A DNA stretch of 44,891 nt from a virus, in the IMG/VR virus record IMGVR_UViG_3300028048_000213, positions 1-44,891 of that record; one strand, written 5' to 3'. Positions within the stretch are counted from its first letter, which is position 1. Each line of letters opens with the position of its first letter. The notes beneath the pieces were generated by a model that was given only the letters and a program-made list of their open reading frames with translations, ran no database searches and had not been told where the DNA came from. Made by a program: the position numbers and the translations under genes. Below, piece after piece: positions 25,259 through 35,811 of this stretch.

Positions 25259-28246
25259 ATGGCTTCAACAACAAAATATGCAGGTACCGTGACTCAAACC
25301 ACGGGCGGTCATTATGTAACCTTCGATTATTTAAGTAATATTCGTAATGCGGCGGAGAATAGTCATGCCATATCAAGTATTTTGATTCAGGGTAAGAGCG
25401 AAACCAAGAATAGACCTAGTACGATTAGTTGTACTGGGTTCGGTTTTAATCTGCCATTGGGTGCAGAACCTACAAAAATCATTGTTGAGTATCGTCATCG
25501 TAAGAATACTGGCAGTGATTATTCCAGTAAGTATCCTAAGCGTGTGGTGAATATACCGGCTCCAACTATATCATTGTTGGGTGTGAGTGGTTTTAGTGCG
25601 AAGGGTGTTGCACCGACTACATCAATGAAAACCAATACTAAAACCTTTGATGTTAAGGGTAAGATTACCCGTGCACAACTGAATAGTGGCAATTTCGGTT
25701 GCCGCATCAACTATCCGGCAAATACGAACAAATGGAACGGTTACCTTAGGATTAGTTATGTTCGTATTAAGGTCGAGTATGTCCTAAGTGATTATACGGT
25801 TAAGGTTGATGCGGTTGATGGTTATAATCGGGAACCGTTTGATGTTACTTTACGTGTTAGTAATAAGAATTTGACACGGTATAATCCGACACTTACTTTG
25901 ACTACACCAGTTGGGTTCTCTTATGAGTCTTATGAGGGAACTGGACGGGTTACCAAGGTTAATAATACGACTTATCGTTGGGAGCCGAGTGTCGCGGGTA
26001 GTGGCAGTAGTAATGTTACAGTAAGGTTTATTCCAAGTGTTACTTATCCATCTGGGTCTGGTGTTTTCACTGGTAGTTTTACATTGTCTGAGAGTTTGAA
26101 TGGTGCGAATGCCACTAAAACTATTAGTATTCGTGAAAAACCAGTAACAAGTGAAGAGTCCGAGACTGGTGGCACTACTGATGTAAGTAGTGGTACTGAT
26201 GACGATGGGAACATGATTATTGAGATGGCTGATGATATCGTTTATCAGACTGTCAATGAAGAGTTCAAATTCACAGTACGCAAGGAGGATATGCGTTACT
26301 CCCAATCCGGAGGCTACTGGTATCAACATCTCAGGGTCAACCCTGAAACCACCACTATCCGTCCGGACAGGGAAACAACCGCAAATGTCCGTTACAACCC
26401 AGGGGCTGGCCTTTTCTGGGTGTTTGATTGGGGCGAAGAAGAAAGTGTAAACCTCCTGATACGGTTCACTGCTCTCGGGGCACAAAACATCAGATTGCTA
26501 CCCCCTGATGAAGTGGGTTATGTTGATTATCCTTTCCATGTTATCCCACAAACTGGTGAGGTGGTTAACAGTATCCTCCTCCAACCCACCGAAGAAGAAC
26601 AGGACAGATTAGGCACTGGTTACCCTTACATCGCTCAGGCAGATATGAAACAAACAACTAATGATACTTATAAAAGAAACTGGTACAAAAACAATCGGAT
26701 TGGAGTATTCAACAACCCAATAACTGATAATATCACAATAACCGAAACTACCGACCCTGATACAGGCGAAGTAACCGAAACCATAACCGATAGCACCGAT
26801 TACGAAAACTTAACAACAAGTCAGATTATTGAGAATGCGGAATACTGGAGCCAAGACCTCGCCGGCATAAACACCTATAATAATGTGGACTGCGAATTCA
26901 CCTACAACGAAAACTACCCCCTGTATATTATCATAACCGGCGACCACACCGAAGCCGAAAGTGCAGGGTTCGACCCAGGAAACATAACCTTCAATAATAT
27001 CTGCATTATCGAGAAACAAGTGTACAAGGGAAGAGAACAAACTGGCAACTACCCAGAACCAATCAGTAACCTACTCGATGAGAACATCGCCGAAACCAGT
27101 ATACCTAATTTGGATACAACAGAAACCATAGTCTTATACGATTTCCCATTAGAAGAAGAGTACGGAACCGACGAAACCCATAGTATCCGTGGAATCGAGG
27201 TAACTGGAACCATAGAACAAGCCGATGAAATGGTACTCTCCGCAAAACTCGTAAGCCCATCTGGTGAAACAGGCGAAAGAACCATAATCCTTAACAACCA
27301 AGACACCATGGACTCACAGACCGAGTTCAAGTTCGGAGGCTTAGGCGACCTTTGGGGCTTCCAAACCACCGACCTAACACACCTAAATGACTGGGAGGTG
27401 CAAATCTTCGCAAACAATATCCTACTCGAAGAAGATGCTAACCTCAACTTCGGCGATATAAGAATAGGCTTCTATATTGAACAATTGCAGGAACAGTTAA
27501 TCAATGTAAAGGTGAATGGTGAGGATTTAAGTTATTATGGTGCCTTCATAGAAGATGCCAAAATACCAGAAGGATTAGACACCGACACAAGCTTCTTGTC
27601 TATCGATGGAACCGACACCAATGATGCCTACCGACAAAACATCAGAGAAAAAACCATAGAACTCGAAATGAGCATCGGCGAATGCGACCTACAAACCAGT
27701 ACAGATATGTTAAGACAATTAACAAAGTTACTGGTGAATGAAAAAGACGAATACAACCGACCAATACCAAACACGATCGAGTTTTCACATTATCCTGATG
27801 TCTACTTCGAGTATATTATGACCGACACAATGGACATAAGCACAAGTGCAGGGGCTTACACTATCAAGGCAAAACTGACAATACCTGCGGGTACTGCATA
27901 CTCAAAACAGAACACAAGTACCAATATCACTGGATTTGTGCAGGGAATAGCAAGTGTTAATCCAGTAATCAGTTTAAAGGCACAAGATAATGTAATCACA
28001 CTCCAAGAAACTGTTACCGGTCAAAAATTCACAATCGGCTACGATGGAGACTGGCAAACCGGTATTGTTGAGATAGATTGCGAAGAAAGACGAGTCTACC
28101 ACCGGACTAATGAGGACGATACAGAACCAACCGACCTAAGCAAGTATGTAGACTTTAATAGTGATTGGTTTAATCTGCACGGAGAGTATAATTTCAACGC
28201 CTCAGGCTGCACAGTCAGAAAGGTAGAATTCACGGAGAGATGGTAA
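25259..28246 (+). CDS. Distal tail (Dit-like) protein with large N-terminal beta-sandwich/receptor-binding domains
   Basis: Follows the tape measure gene; the C-terminal ~250 aa resemble siphovirus Dit; N-terminal Ser/Thr-rich beta domains. Confidence 0.65.
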   Translation: MASTTKYAGTVTQTTGGHYVTFDYLSNIRNAAENSHAISSILIQGKSETKNRPSTISCTGFGFNLPLGAEPTKIIVEYRHRKNTGSDYSSKYPKRVVNIPAPTISLLGVSGFSAKGVAPTTSMKTNTKTFDVKGKITRAQLNSGNFGCRINYPANTNKWNGYLRISYVRIKVEYVLSDYTVKVDAVDGYNREPFDVTLRVSNKNLTRYNPTLTLTTPVGFSYESYEGTGRVTKVNNTTYRWEPSVAGSGSSNVTVRFIPSVTYPSGSGVFTGSFTLSESLNGANATKTISIREKPVTSEESETGGTTDVSSGTDDDGNMIIEMADDIVYQTVNEEFKFTVRKEDMRYSQSGGYWYQHLRVNPETTTIRPDRETTANVRYNPGAGLFWVFDWGEEESVNLLIRFTALGAQNIRLLPPDEVGYVDYPFHVIPQTGEVVNSILLQPTEEEQDRLGTGYPYIAQADMKQTTNDTYKRNWYKNNRIGVFNNPITDNITITETTDPDTGEVTETITDSTDYENLTTSQIIENAEYWSQDLAGINTYNNVDCEFTYNENYPLYIIITGDHTEAESAGFDPGNITFNNICIIEKQVYKGREQTGNYPEPISNLLDENIAETSIPNLDTTETIVLYDFPLEEEYGTDETHSIRGIEVTGTIEQADEMVLSAKLVSPSGETGERTIILNNQDTMDSQTEFKFGGLGDLWGFQTTDLTHLNDWEVQIFANNILLEEDANLNFGDIRIGFYIEQLQEQLINVKVNGEDLSYYGAFIEDAKIPEGLDTDTSFLSIDGTDTNDAYRQNIREKTIELEMSIGECDLQTSTDMLRQLTKLLVNEKDEYNRPIPNTIEFSHYPDVYFEYIMTDTMDISTSAGAYTIKAKLTIPAGTAYSKQNTSTNITGFVQGIASVNPVISLKAQDNVITLQETVTGQKFTIGYDGDWQTGIVEIDCEERRVYHRTNEDDTEPTDLSKYVDFNSDWFNLHGEYNFNASGCTVRKVEFTERW

Positions 28247-28249
28247 AAT

Positions 28250-31200
28250 ATGGGATTAACTATTGTTGTAATGACTGGTGATGAGGAATTCCTACGATTC
28301 CTCGACCCAGAATTATGTGATTTAACCGAGACACACGAACAAGGTGGCTTACGCTCACTTGACTTCACCTACCAGTTCCAAGATTTGCACGAAGACAAGC
28401 AACTATTCCGAATCGGCAACAAGGTCTGGATTAGTGGCGACAATAATTTAACAGATTGCTTGTATGTCATCAATACACCAGTAGAAACCGATGTTTACCA
28501 AGAGAATAGTTTCCATACTGAACTGGAAGAAGTCCTTGTAGAATTGAATTATGCTCCATTGTTTACACAGAACGAACTAACAAGTAGTAATGGTTTTGAT
28601 GTGAGTGTAACAAATGGACAACAAAGCGTAAACATCGACTATAATGCCTTGCATTACTGGTTTGGAGACTGGTTTAATATTGGAGTAGTGCAATATGCAA
28701 TGAACAAAGCCTACAACCATATCAGCCTGAACGGCACAATTAACTTGATGACATTGTTAAGGTATATTGAAGAGGAAACAGGTAATGTGTTCGTTACAAG
28801 GTATGAAAAAGACCAACTAAACAATACAATCCATAGGTATTTGGATTTCTTGAATCCGATAGATGTAAGCAAGAATTGGCAGTTGAATATAGAGTATGAT
28901 TTCGTAACCGAAAACAACACAACCCCCGAAATCTACGATACTGATGGAAACCCAACAACCGACACCTACGAAGACGTCGAAGAAGAAGACGACATAGTAA
29001 ACTTTGATGACGGAACCGTATTAGCGAATATTGATCCAACCAATACAGAGTTAAGAATCACTAACTCTAATGGCGAACTCCTTAACAGTGATGGCAAAGT
29101 CTACAAAGAAGGAGACACACCACTCAGTTGGAATGCCAAGACCGTCGGATTAGATGGAACAGACCCTAATGTCTGCATCTGCCTTTCAATGAATCACGGC
29201 ACACTCGGTATGGAAATCAAGGGTAAAAGCTTCGCCGTCGCAGCCACTGATGTGTGTGGTGTTCAACCTAAAAGCTTTATCAGTATAGCGGATGACCCTG
29301 ACACTATTACGGATACTACCATTCCTGATGATTGCTACTTTACAATCTATGATACTGAAAACAAGTTAATATTGTATATGACTTGCATTAACAGGGAAAT
29401 AGGTCATGTGCACGAAGAAGTCCTAGACTTTGGTTTTAACTTGGAGAATGTCCAGTTTGAGACAGATGAGACCGAAACATTCACCAGCATAAGCCCAATC
29501 CTAAGCCTTGATGAGAATAATGGTCTTACAAGGAATGATATGAACAATATCATAAATGCTTGGAAGAACCTAAGCGTCACTAAGGGCGAAACAATACCAA
29601 TGATAATCGAGAGGGTGCAGATACAAGCAAATGACACTAGTATGGCACAGCAACAAATGGGAGCAAGCAGTAAGAGTAATTTCTGGCAAAGACCATATCA
29701 CCCAAATGATAATGTGGACACTCAAACCGCATCTAATAGCAAATGGGAGTATTGGAGAGCCACTGCTTATTGGAAAGCACCATATAATAAACTGGCGGGT
29801 GATTTGCACGTAAGCACCGAGAATATTCCTAATATGGAGTATACCACAGTCTATGGCAATCCTGATGTCCGTGACGATTTCTTATTGAATCGTCCGAAGA
29901 TGGGAACCGTTGAAACCAGTGACGAAGTAGCCCTAGCAATCTACAATGATGTTGCAATGAAACTCAAAGAAAAATCCACTAGGGAATTCAACATTACCGT
30001 AGATGTCGCTAACCTACGGAAAGAGGGAAGCTTCAACGATTATGAATTACACGATAAGGTGTATGTGAAGCTTCCGGATTATAGTGAATTGGTCACGGCT
30101 AGGGTGGTTAAGACACATAAGGAGGCTCATGATGTAGCCAAAAACACCATCGAACTCAGCAATTATAGCTTGAATAATATTAAAGCAGTGACCAAGGAAA
30201 CCAGTATCAATGCAAGTAATGTGTCATTTAAATATCCGAATGAAAAATTATATAGTGTTCGGTTGGAGAATTTGGATTATGATGAGACCGACACCTATAG
30301 CACACAATACCTACCGAATAAACTGGTTACTTTTGCCTTGTACACGGTAAAGGATAATGGCAGCAGTAAGACCTTGACCAAGCACACCTACAATCGTTTG
30401 ACCGATGCAAATGGTTACGCAAGGCTGAACCTGCAATTTAATCCAGGAGACTACGAACTCGTTATAAGTTTCGGTGGTGATGAGGAGTACGAAGAAGCCA
30501 CAAATACTGTCCAGGTTAATGTGTCTGGTACTGTGGAGACTCCTCCGAAGCCAGTTGATACAAAGAAGAAAACACCTAAGGATTTGAAGCAGAAAACCAC
30601 AAAGAAAACAAGTAAGTCTACAAAGGGTGTAAAACGATACTATACTAAGTATGGTGTATCGCCTGATGGTAAATACTTGATGGCCATTGGTCTACCTAGT
30701 GCATATGGTGAGTTACCCAAATATGGTGCCAAATTTTATAAAACCGTGTTTAAAAGGAAATGTCCATTCTGTGGCAGTAAGGAATTGTATTGGGGTATAT
30801 TCTGGGCTGGCAACGAGCACAGCAACTGGGGAAAATTCCCAGCCACAGGCAACAGAGAAGGAGGCTCCGCAGAAGGACACATCTTTTGCAAGAAGTGTGA
30901 TGCAGACTTCAGCACAATCACTGGAGCAAACCACGGAAGCAACCCAAAGAAGCTTAAAATGTACAAAAAGCCTGTCAAATGTACAAAGACAGATGCCTAC
31001 ACCCTTAAAAAAGGGAAAATGTACTACGACACAATAACAAAAACCGTCAAAGCCAAGAATGTCGAATCCAGTAAAAACCGGACATCTAGTTACACGATCA
31101 ATAAGAACCTTGTGCAATTAGCCAAGAATATTGTTGGCAATAGTACGGGTTTGGCGGCGGCGAAGAAGATTGCTGCTTGGTGTGGTAAAAAGAGTAATCT

Positions 31201-31540
31201 TAGGTATGATTATTATGATAATTTCAGGCGTTCACCAACATATGTTATGAAAGTGAAAGGAGCGAATTGTTGTGACAGTACAAGGTTCATGTTTACTTTG
31301 ATGGATGCCGCGGGTTGCACGGAGACATTACGGTTGGAGTATGTGCATACAAAGAATGGCCGTAATGGTCATGTACTCGGCAAGATTACCACTATTAGCA
31401 CGGGTAAGTGGCGGTATGTTGACCCTGTGTTGAAGTATCGTAAGCCTTGGGGCAACCACTTAAATAACCCAAAATATGGTACTGTTCCTGGCAGGACTCA
31501 TAGTTATCAGGGTCCGAATTATCCTAATGGTTTCTTCTAA
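28250..31540 (+). CDS. Tail-tip (Tal-like) protein with Ig-like, Zn-binding and C-terminal transglutaminase-fold pseudomurein peptidase domains
   Basis: Position after Dit; DANGYARL...PGDYELVISFGGD Ig-like repeat; CPFC...CKKC; catalytic triad NCCD / GHV / VDP. Confidence 0.75.
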   Translation: MGLTIVVMTGDEEFLRFLDPELCDLTETHEQGGLRSLDFTYQFQDLHEDKQLFRIGNKVWISGDNNLTDCLYVINTPVETDVYQENSFHTELEEVLVELNYAPLFTQNELTSSNGFDVSVTNGQQSVNIDYNALHYWFGDWFNIGVVQYAMNKAYNHISLNGTINLMTLLRYIEEETGNVFVTRYEKDQLNNTIHRYLDFLNPIDVSKNWQLNIEYDFVTENNTTPEIYDTDGNPTTDTYEDVEEEDDIVNFDDGTVLANIDPTNTELRITNSNGELLNSDGKVYKEGDTPLSWNAKTVGLDGTDPNVCICLSMNHGTLGMEIKGKSFAVAATDVCGVQPKSFISIADDPDTITDTTIPDDCYFTIYDTENKLILYMTCINREIGHVHEEVLDFGFNLENVQFETDETETFTSISPILSLDENNGLTRNDMNNIINAWKNLSVTKGETIPMIIERVQIQANDTSMAQQQMGASSKSNFWQRPYHPNDNVDTQTASNSKWEYWRATAYWKAPYNKLAGDLHVSTENIPNMEYTTVYGNPDVRDDFLLNRPKMGTVETSDEVALAIYNDVAMKLKEKSTREFNITVDVANLRKEGSFNDYELHDKVYVKLPDYSELVTARVVKTHKEAHDVAKNTIELSNYSLNNIKAVTKETSINASNVSFKYPNEKLYSVRLENLDYDETDTYSTQYLPNKLVTFALYTVKDNGSSKTLTKHTYNRLTDANGYARLNLQFNPGDYELVISFGGDEEYEEATNTVQVNVSGTVETPPKPVDTKKKTPKDLKQKTTKKTSKSTKGVKRYYTKYGVSPDGKYLMAIGLPSAYGELPKYGAKFYKTVFKRKCPFCGSKELYWGIFWAGNEHSNWGKFPATGNREGGSAEGHIFCKKCDADFSTITGANHGSNPKKLKMYKKPVKCTKTDAYTLKKGKMYYDTITKTVKAKNVESSKNRTSSYTINKNLVQLAKNIVGNSTGLAAAKKIAAWCGKKSNLRYDYYDNFRRSPTYVMKVKGANCCDSTRFMFTLMDAAGCTETLRLEYVHTKNGRNGHVLGKITTISTGKWRYVDPVLKYRKPWGNHLNNPKYGTVPGRTHSYQGPNYPNGFF

Positions 31541-31569
31541 AAAGAGTATGATGGAGTGTGAATTAATTT

Positions 31570-31917
31570 ATGGTTGAGAAAATCCTAATAAGCCCAGCCC
31601 GTTTAAGGTGCTATGGGAATGTAATAAGTGAGCATAGTCTTGAAGATTATATGCTGAATAAGAGTATCCTGGTGAAGATGACTGACACTATTGATGGTGT
31701 ATTGCAGACTGTTTACCAGTTCGGCTATACCCTTTATGGTTTCATCTTCGGCGTGGATACGGGGTTAAAAGAATTGTACGTGCAGACCGAGAATACGGGA
31801 TCGTTAAGCTTCGGCTTGAGTAATAAGAGTTTGTACGTGGAAACAAGCAATGAGGATATGACTTGCAGTATTGGCGTAGAGAATAAAGGATTGTATATTG
31901 AAATAGATGAGGCATGA
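31570..31917 (+). CDS. Minor tail / fibre-associated protein
   Basis: Position in the tail module; beta-rich repeats. Confidence 0.5.
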   Translation: MVEKILISPARLRCYGNVISEHSLEDYMLNKSILVKMTDTIDGVLQTVYQFGYTLYGFIFGVDTGLKELYVQTENTGSLSFGLSNKSLYVETSNEDMTCSIGVENKGLYIEIDEA

Positions 31918-32567
31918 TATGTATGAGTGAAAGAAGCAATGTAAGTATAAGTGAAATTCTTGGTGATAATTATTACATCGACAAGTTAACCAGTAGTGAT
32001 TACAGCCCTGCTGTGGGTGATACAGTTACAATAACCTTACTGGTCCGGGATGTGTTCGGCGACCCTGCCAATGGTCAGACCCGTACTGTTACTTGTACTG
32101 GTGGAAGTTTTGTTAGTGTGAATGGCACTAGCATTACTGCAACTGATAGTGTGAATGTTACTACAAGTAGCAGGGGTACTGTTACACTTGGTTTAAGTGT
32201 GAATGTTGCAGATACCATCACAGTATCAAGTGGTATGGATGATTGTGTTGTTTGTTCCCTTGCAGACACTACCTCTTGGAAGTATTACGTTAATGATAAT
32301 ACCTATAGGGTTAGGTATAATGCTTCTCGTGTCAATGTTGATGTGAGCATTACTGGAACAAGTGCCAGTACAACACTTTCAGCCTATGGTGTATCAATAT
32401 TACCTGATGAACTCCGACCAAGGTATCCAATCAGTGAATTATGCAACGGGGGAAATGTATTAGTAGTAATCACGGACACTGATAATAAACTGTATCGTAA
32501 GAGTATGACTGGCAATAGTCTGTCTAATGTTAGTATTTATGCTCATTTGGAATGGGATAGGAAATAA
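31914..32567 (+). CDS. Ig-like tail fibre / adhesin
   Basis: TVTITLLVRDVFGDP Big-like motif; Ser/Thr/Val-rich. Confidence 0.55.
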   Translation: MICMSERSNVSISEILGDNYYIDKLTSSDYSPAVGDTVTITLLVRDVFGDPANGQTRTVTCTGGSFVSVNGTSITATDSVNVTTSSRGTVTLGLSVNVADTITVSSGMDDCVVCSLADTTSWKYYVNDNTYRVRYNASRVNVDVSITGTSASTTLSAYGVSILPDELRPRYPISELCNGGNVLVVITDTDNKLYRKSMTGNSLSNVSIYAHLEWDRK

Positions 32568-32628
32568 TCAGATGTTCCATAATGACAGATAGACAAAAAA
32601 ATAATAATAAAATTATAGGAAAGGGATT

Positions 32629-33675
32629 ATGTCAAGAATAACACAAAAAAACATAATCAATGAAGCGGTTGAAGTTAAACATTTTATTGAAACTAATAAG
32701 AAACTGCCAAAGTATTGTACTATTGAGGGTAATCAGTATAGTGTTTACACAACTGCCTACTTGATAAGCAGAACAATCGCAAACTTGAAAACAGAAAACA
32801 TCAAAGTAGAAACAATCAACAAATCCAATCAAGGATTCAGTACCAAACTAGATGAGAATTGCAGTAAAACAACCTATTTGGATATGGTGTCAAGGTTCAA
32901 TGAGTACTGCAACAAAAATGGTAGAGTCCCTGCATATGTAATAACCATAAGAAACAAGGCAGACTTCACAACCTACCTATATGCTTGTTGTAAAATACTA
33001 AATTACTACAAGCAAAACAATACTTTACCTAACTCTTGCTTGTTTACATCATCATACATTGATGTAAATAAAAAGGAGACTACAAAAACAAAAAACAATC
33101 AAAGCACATCTACATCAACCAATGCAAACATAGAAGTTTATACAAGCAGTCCACATTATCTGAATACCGGTTGCAACAACCTAGGACAATGCACCAGTTA
33201 TTATTGTGGTGTTCATTCAGTCCATCAAGTATTGCGGAAGTTTGGCATAACCAAATACAACGAGAATAAACTTGCAGGCTGGGCAGGAACCACAACCAGC
33301 GGTACCGACCATCAAGGCATAAATACAGCCATAGCCAAAGCCAGTAACGGCAACCTAAAAACAAGGTGGATTAATTTCAGTAGCCTCGGCGAAGATACAA
33401 GCGCTAGGTTTAAAGCCCTTGGCAAACTAATAAGCCAAAAGGATACTGACTGCATCATACACAACCTATACCGACTCAAATATGGTCACTACGAGACAAT
33501 CCATAAAATAGACCATAATAATAAAACAGTTTATGTCTTAAACAGTCTCGGCAACAAATGCGGAACCACAAGCTACTGTGGCTACATCGAAAAAAGAAGT
33601 TATACTGAATTTGCTAAGTATATTGCAAACACACCAGCCAACCAACCAAGCATATGCCTAATCACAAAAAAATAA
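32629..33675 (+). CDS. Endolysin: pseudomurein-binding repeats plus C39-like peptidase (PeiR-like)
   Basis: FIETNKKLPKY and YCNKNGRVPAYV PMBR-like repeats; QCTSYYCG, GHY and LNS papain-like catalytic motifs; next to a holin. Confidence 0.8.
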   Translation: MSRITQKNIINEAVEVKHFIETNKKLPKYCTIEGNQYSVYTTAYLISRTIANLKTENIKVETINKSNQGFSTKLDENCSKTTYLDMVSRFNEYCNKNGRVPAYVITIRNKADFTTYLYACCKILNYYKQNNTLPNSCLFTSSYIDVNKKETTKTKNNQSTSTSTNANIEVYTSSPHYLNTGCNNLGQCTSYYCGVHSVHQVLRKFGITKYNENKLAGWAGTTTSGTDHQGINTAIAKASNGNLKTRWINFSSLGEDTSARFKALGKLISQKDTDCIIHNLYRLKYGHYETIHKIDHNNKTVYVLNSLGNKCGTTSYCGYIEKRSYTEFAKYIANTPANQPSICLITKK

Positions 33676-33863
33676 TGATGCTTATGACAATACAAAAAAT
33701 AATCTTAAACCAGAAAATAGCCAACCGACTATATGATTGCCTGGGCGATCATAAACTCGTGATTGAATACCAAAGCCGAGTAAATCAGAAAAAGCATAAG
33801 GACAATATCATAAATAAGGATGAGGTTGTCTTTACGGATGAGAATGGAAACTATGTACAATAA
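33654..33863 (+). CDS. Hypothetical protein (true start probably ~33675)
   Basis: ORF between endolysin and holin. Confidence 0.45.
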   Translation: MPNHKKIMMLMTIQKIILNQKIANRLYDCLGDHKLVIEYQSRVNQKKHKDNIINKDEVVFTDENGNYVQ

Positions 33864-33866
33864 GAG

Positions 33867-34181
33867 GTGAAAATTTTTATGTCAAACCATACTGGAAATA
33901 TTAGTACAATCGTGAAAATGATACTTCTGACCGTCTTGCCCTACATCATAGCAGACACACAAACCCAAGACCAAGTAATAAGCATAATCCTTGCAATTGT
34001 GGGATTGATTATTGCTTATGTTGATGCGAAGTATCCGAATACATTGGCTTTCCTTGATAATGCTCCAAGCATTGAGGAGCCTGCACAGGTCGGTGAAATC
34101 AGACAACCAATCATCTTGAACGAGGAGTACATCGAGCCAGTGCCACCAGTCGAACAAGACGATGAGGATGCTGGATGCTAA
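33867..34181 (+). CDS. Holin-like membrane protein (start probably ATG 33879)
   Basis: Two hydrophobic helices and an acidic tail; downstream of the endolysin. Confidence 0.65.
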   Translation: MKIFMSNHTGNISTIVKMILLTVLPYIIADTQTQDQVISIILAIVGLIIAYVDAKYPNTLAFLDNAPSIEEPAQVGEIRQPIILNEEYIEPVPPVEQDDEDAGC

Positions 34182-34461
34182 AACCATAAAACTTTTTTTT
34201 ATCCTTTTTTTATCCTTTTTTTATTACTTTTATCCCCTATTTGTATTACATTCTACTATTTTTTATAACTTAAAAAACAAACACATAACCTAAGCCATAC
34301 CAAAATAGTAAAACTAGGTGAAAAAGTAGGCAGAAACAACCCACAGTTCTTATCGAAAACCCTACACAATTTCCACCCAAAAAAGAATATTACTTATCAA
34401 AAGCTCTCACTTTACTTTAAAAAACACAAAACCACAAAACTATACAAAGGGACACAAAAAA

Positions 34462-35577
34462 ATGTACAAGGAAGACAAGGAACTACTAACAAGAATAGCA
34501 AAAGCAAAAAACCTCACCCAGAACACGATCAACAATTACCATTCGGCAATCAACAAATACACAACCTACTGTGGCAAAAGCATGGCCCAATTACTGGAAG
34601 AGGCAGAGCAAGAAGAAGAAGACGGCATAAGATGGAAACGGCGAAAAATCCGAAAACGCCTCATAGGGTACAGAGCAAGCCTAATAGACGAGTACGAGTA
34701 CGAAGGAACAATCAGAGTATACTTGCAGAAAATACTCGCAATCTACCGACACTACGAGATAGAATTACAACCACTCCCACAGGTAAGCACACGGAACAAA
34801 ACAAAACCCAATGTCAATTACACAGACCTACCAGACAAGGAAATAATCCGAAGAGCCGTAAACCTAACCGACCCCAAAATGAAAGCACTAATCCTCTTCA
34901 TGACCAGCAGCGGAACAGGCAGAACCGAAACACTAAACCTAACAATACAAGACTTCATCCAAGCGACAAGCGAATACCACAACAAGGAAGAGATTCATGA
35001 AGTATTGAAGGAGTTAGATCCAAACACGGATATAATTCCAACTTGGAGGATACACCGACAGAAAACCAACAAGGATTATTATACTTTCAGCAGCCCCGAA
35101 TCCACAAGAGCAATCATATACTATCTTGAAAATAAAGAGGATTGTTTAACCAGTACAAGCAGATTATTCGATTATGATTACTCCTACCTTGGGAAGAAAT
35201 TCAGTCAGATTAATAGGAAGCTCGACCTGGGTAGTGTTGGGAAGTATCATCGGTTCCGTAGTCATATGCTCAGGAAGTATCATGCGAGTCAATTATCACA
35301 AGGCGAGAATGCTTTGACTCTTGATGAAATTGATGCTTTGCAGGGGCGGAGTAAGGAGAAGACGAGGCAATCTTATTTCCTGAATAATCCTGATGATTTG
35401 AAAAGGAAGTATGCTCGGAATATAAACCAACTCTTGATATTGGAGGAGGTTAAGCAAGTTGAAAATGAAGAGTATTATGAATTAAAAAAGAAGTATGAGA
35501 AATTAGAAGCCAATATTAAAGAGGCTGCACGTGAGGAGGTGAGACGGATATTATTGGATTTGGGTTATGAATTATAA
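34462..35577 (+). CDS. int: Tyrosine integrase
   Basis: SSGTGRTE (R), RQKT (K), HMLRKYH (HxxR), LQGR...SYF (Y). Confidence 0.88.
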   Translation: MYKEDKELLTRIAKAKNLTQNTINNYHSAINKYTTYCGKSMAQLLEEAEQEEEDGIRWKRRKIRKRLIGYRASLIDEYEYEGTIRVYLQKILAIYRHYEIELQPLPQVSTRNKTKPNVNYTDLPDKEIIRRAVNLTDPKMKALILFMTSSGTGRTETLNLTIQDFIQATSEYHNKEEIHEVLKELDPNTDIIPTWRIHRQKTNKDYYTFSSPESTRAIIYYLENKEDCLTSTSRLFDYDYSYLGKKFSQINRKLDLGSVGKYHRFRSHMLRKYHASQLSQGENALTLDEIDALQGRSKEKTRQSYFLNNPDDLKRKYARNINQLLILEEVKQVENEEYYELKKKYEKLEANIKEAAREEVRRILLDLGYEL

Positions 35578-35811
35578 AAAAAAGGGGTATGGCTGCCAAA
35601 GCAAGTAGTAGAATAGAGAATAATACGATAAAAAAAAAGAGAGTTCACATTAGTTAAAATAATAACTTATAATTTTTTTGCACAAATAGGATTTATTTAT
35701 TTATTTTTGAACTATGAAAACCTTTTACTTTTTATAGCATTGTTTATCTTCAGCAACCATGAACTTATTTTTGTCCATGATTACTTATAAAGATGTCGCT
35801 ACATTAAGATT

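Noticed and set aside
31570-33000. Diversity-generating retroelement targeting the tail adhesin, as reported in some gut methanogen viruses
   Set aside because: No reverse transcriptase ORF and no template/variable repeat pair differing at adenines was visible.
34182-34461. attP or host tRNA 3' fragment next to the integrase
   Set aside because: Only T-tracts and A/C-rich sequence; no T-arm/CCA pattern or repeated core could be identified without host sequence.
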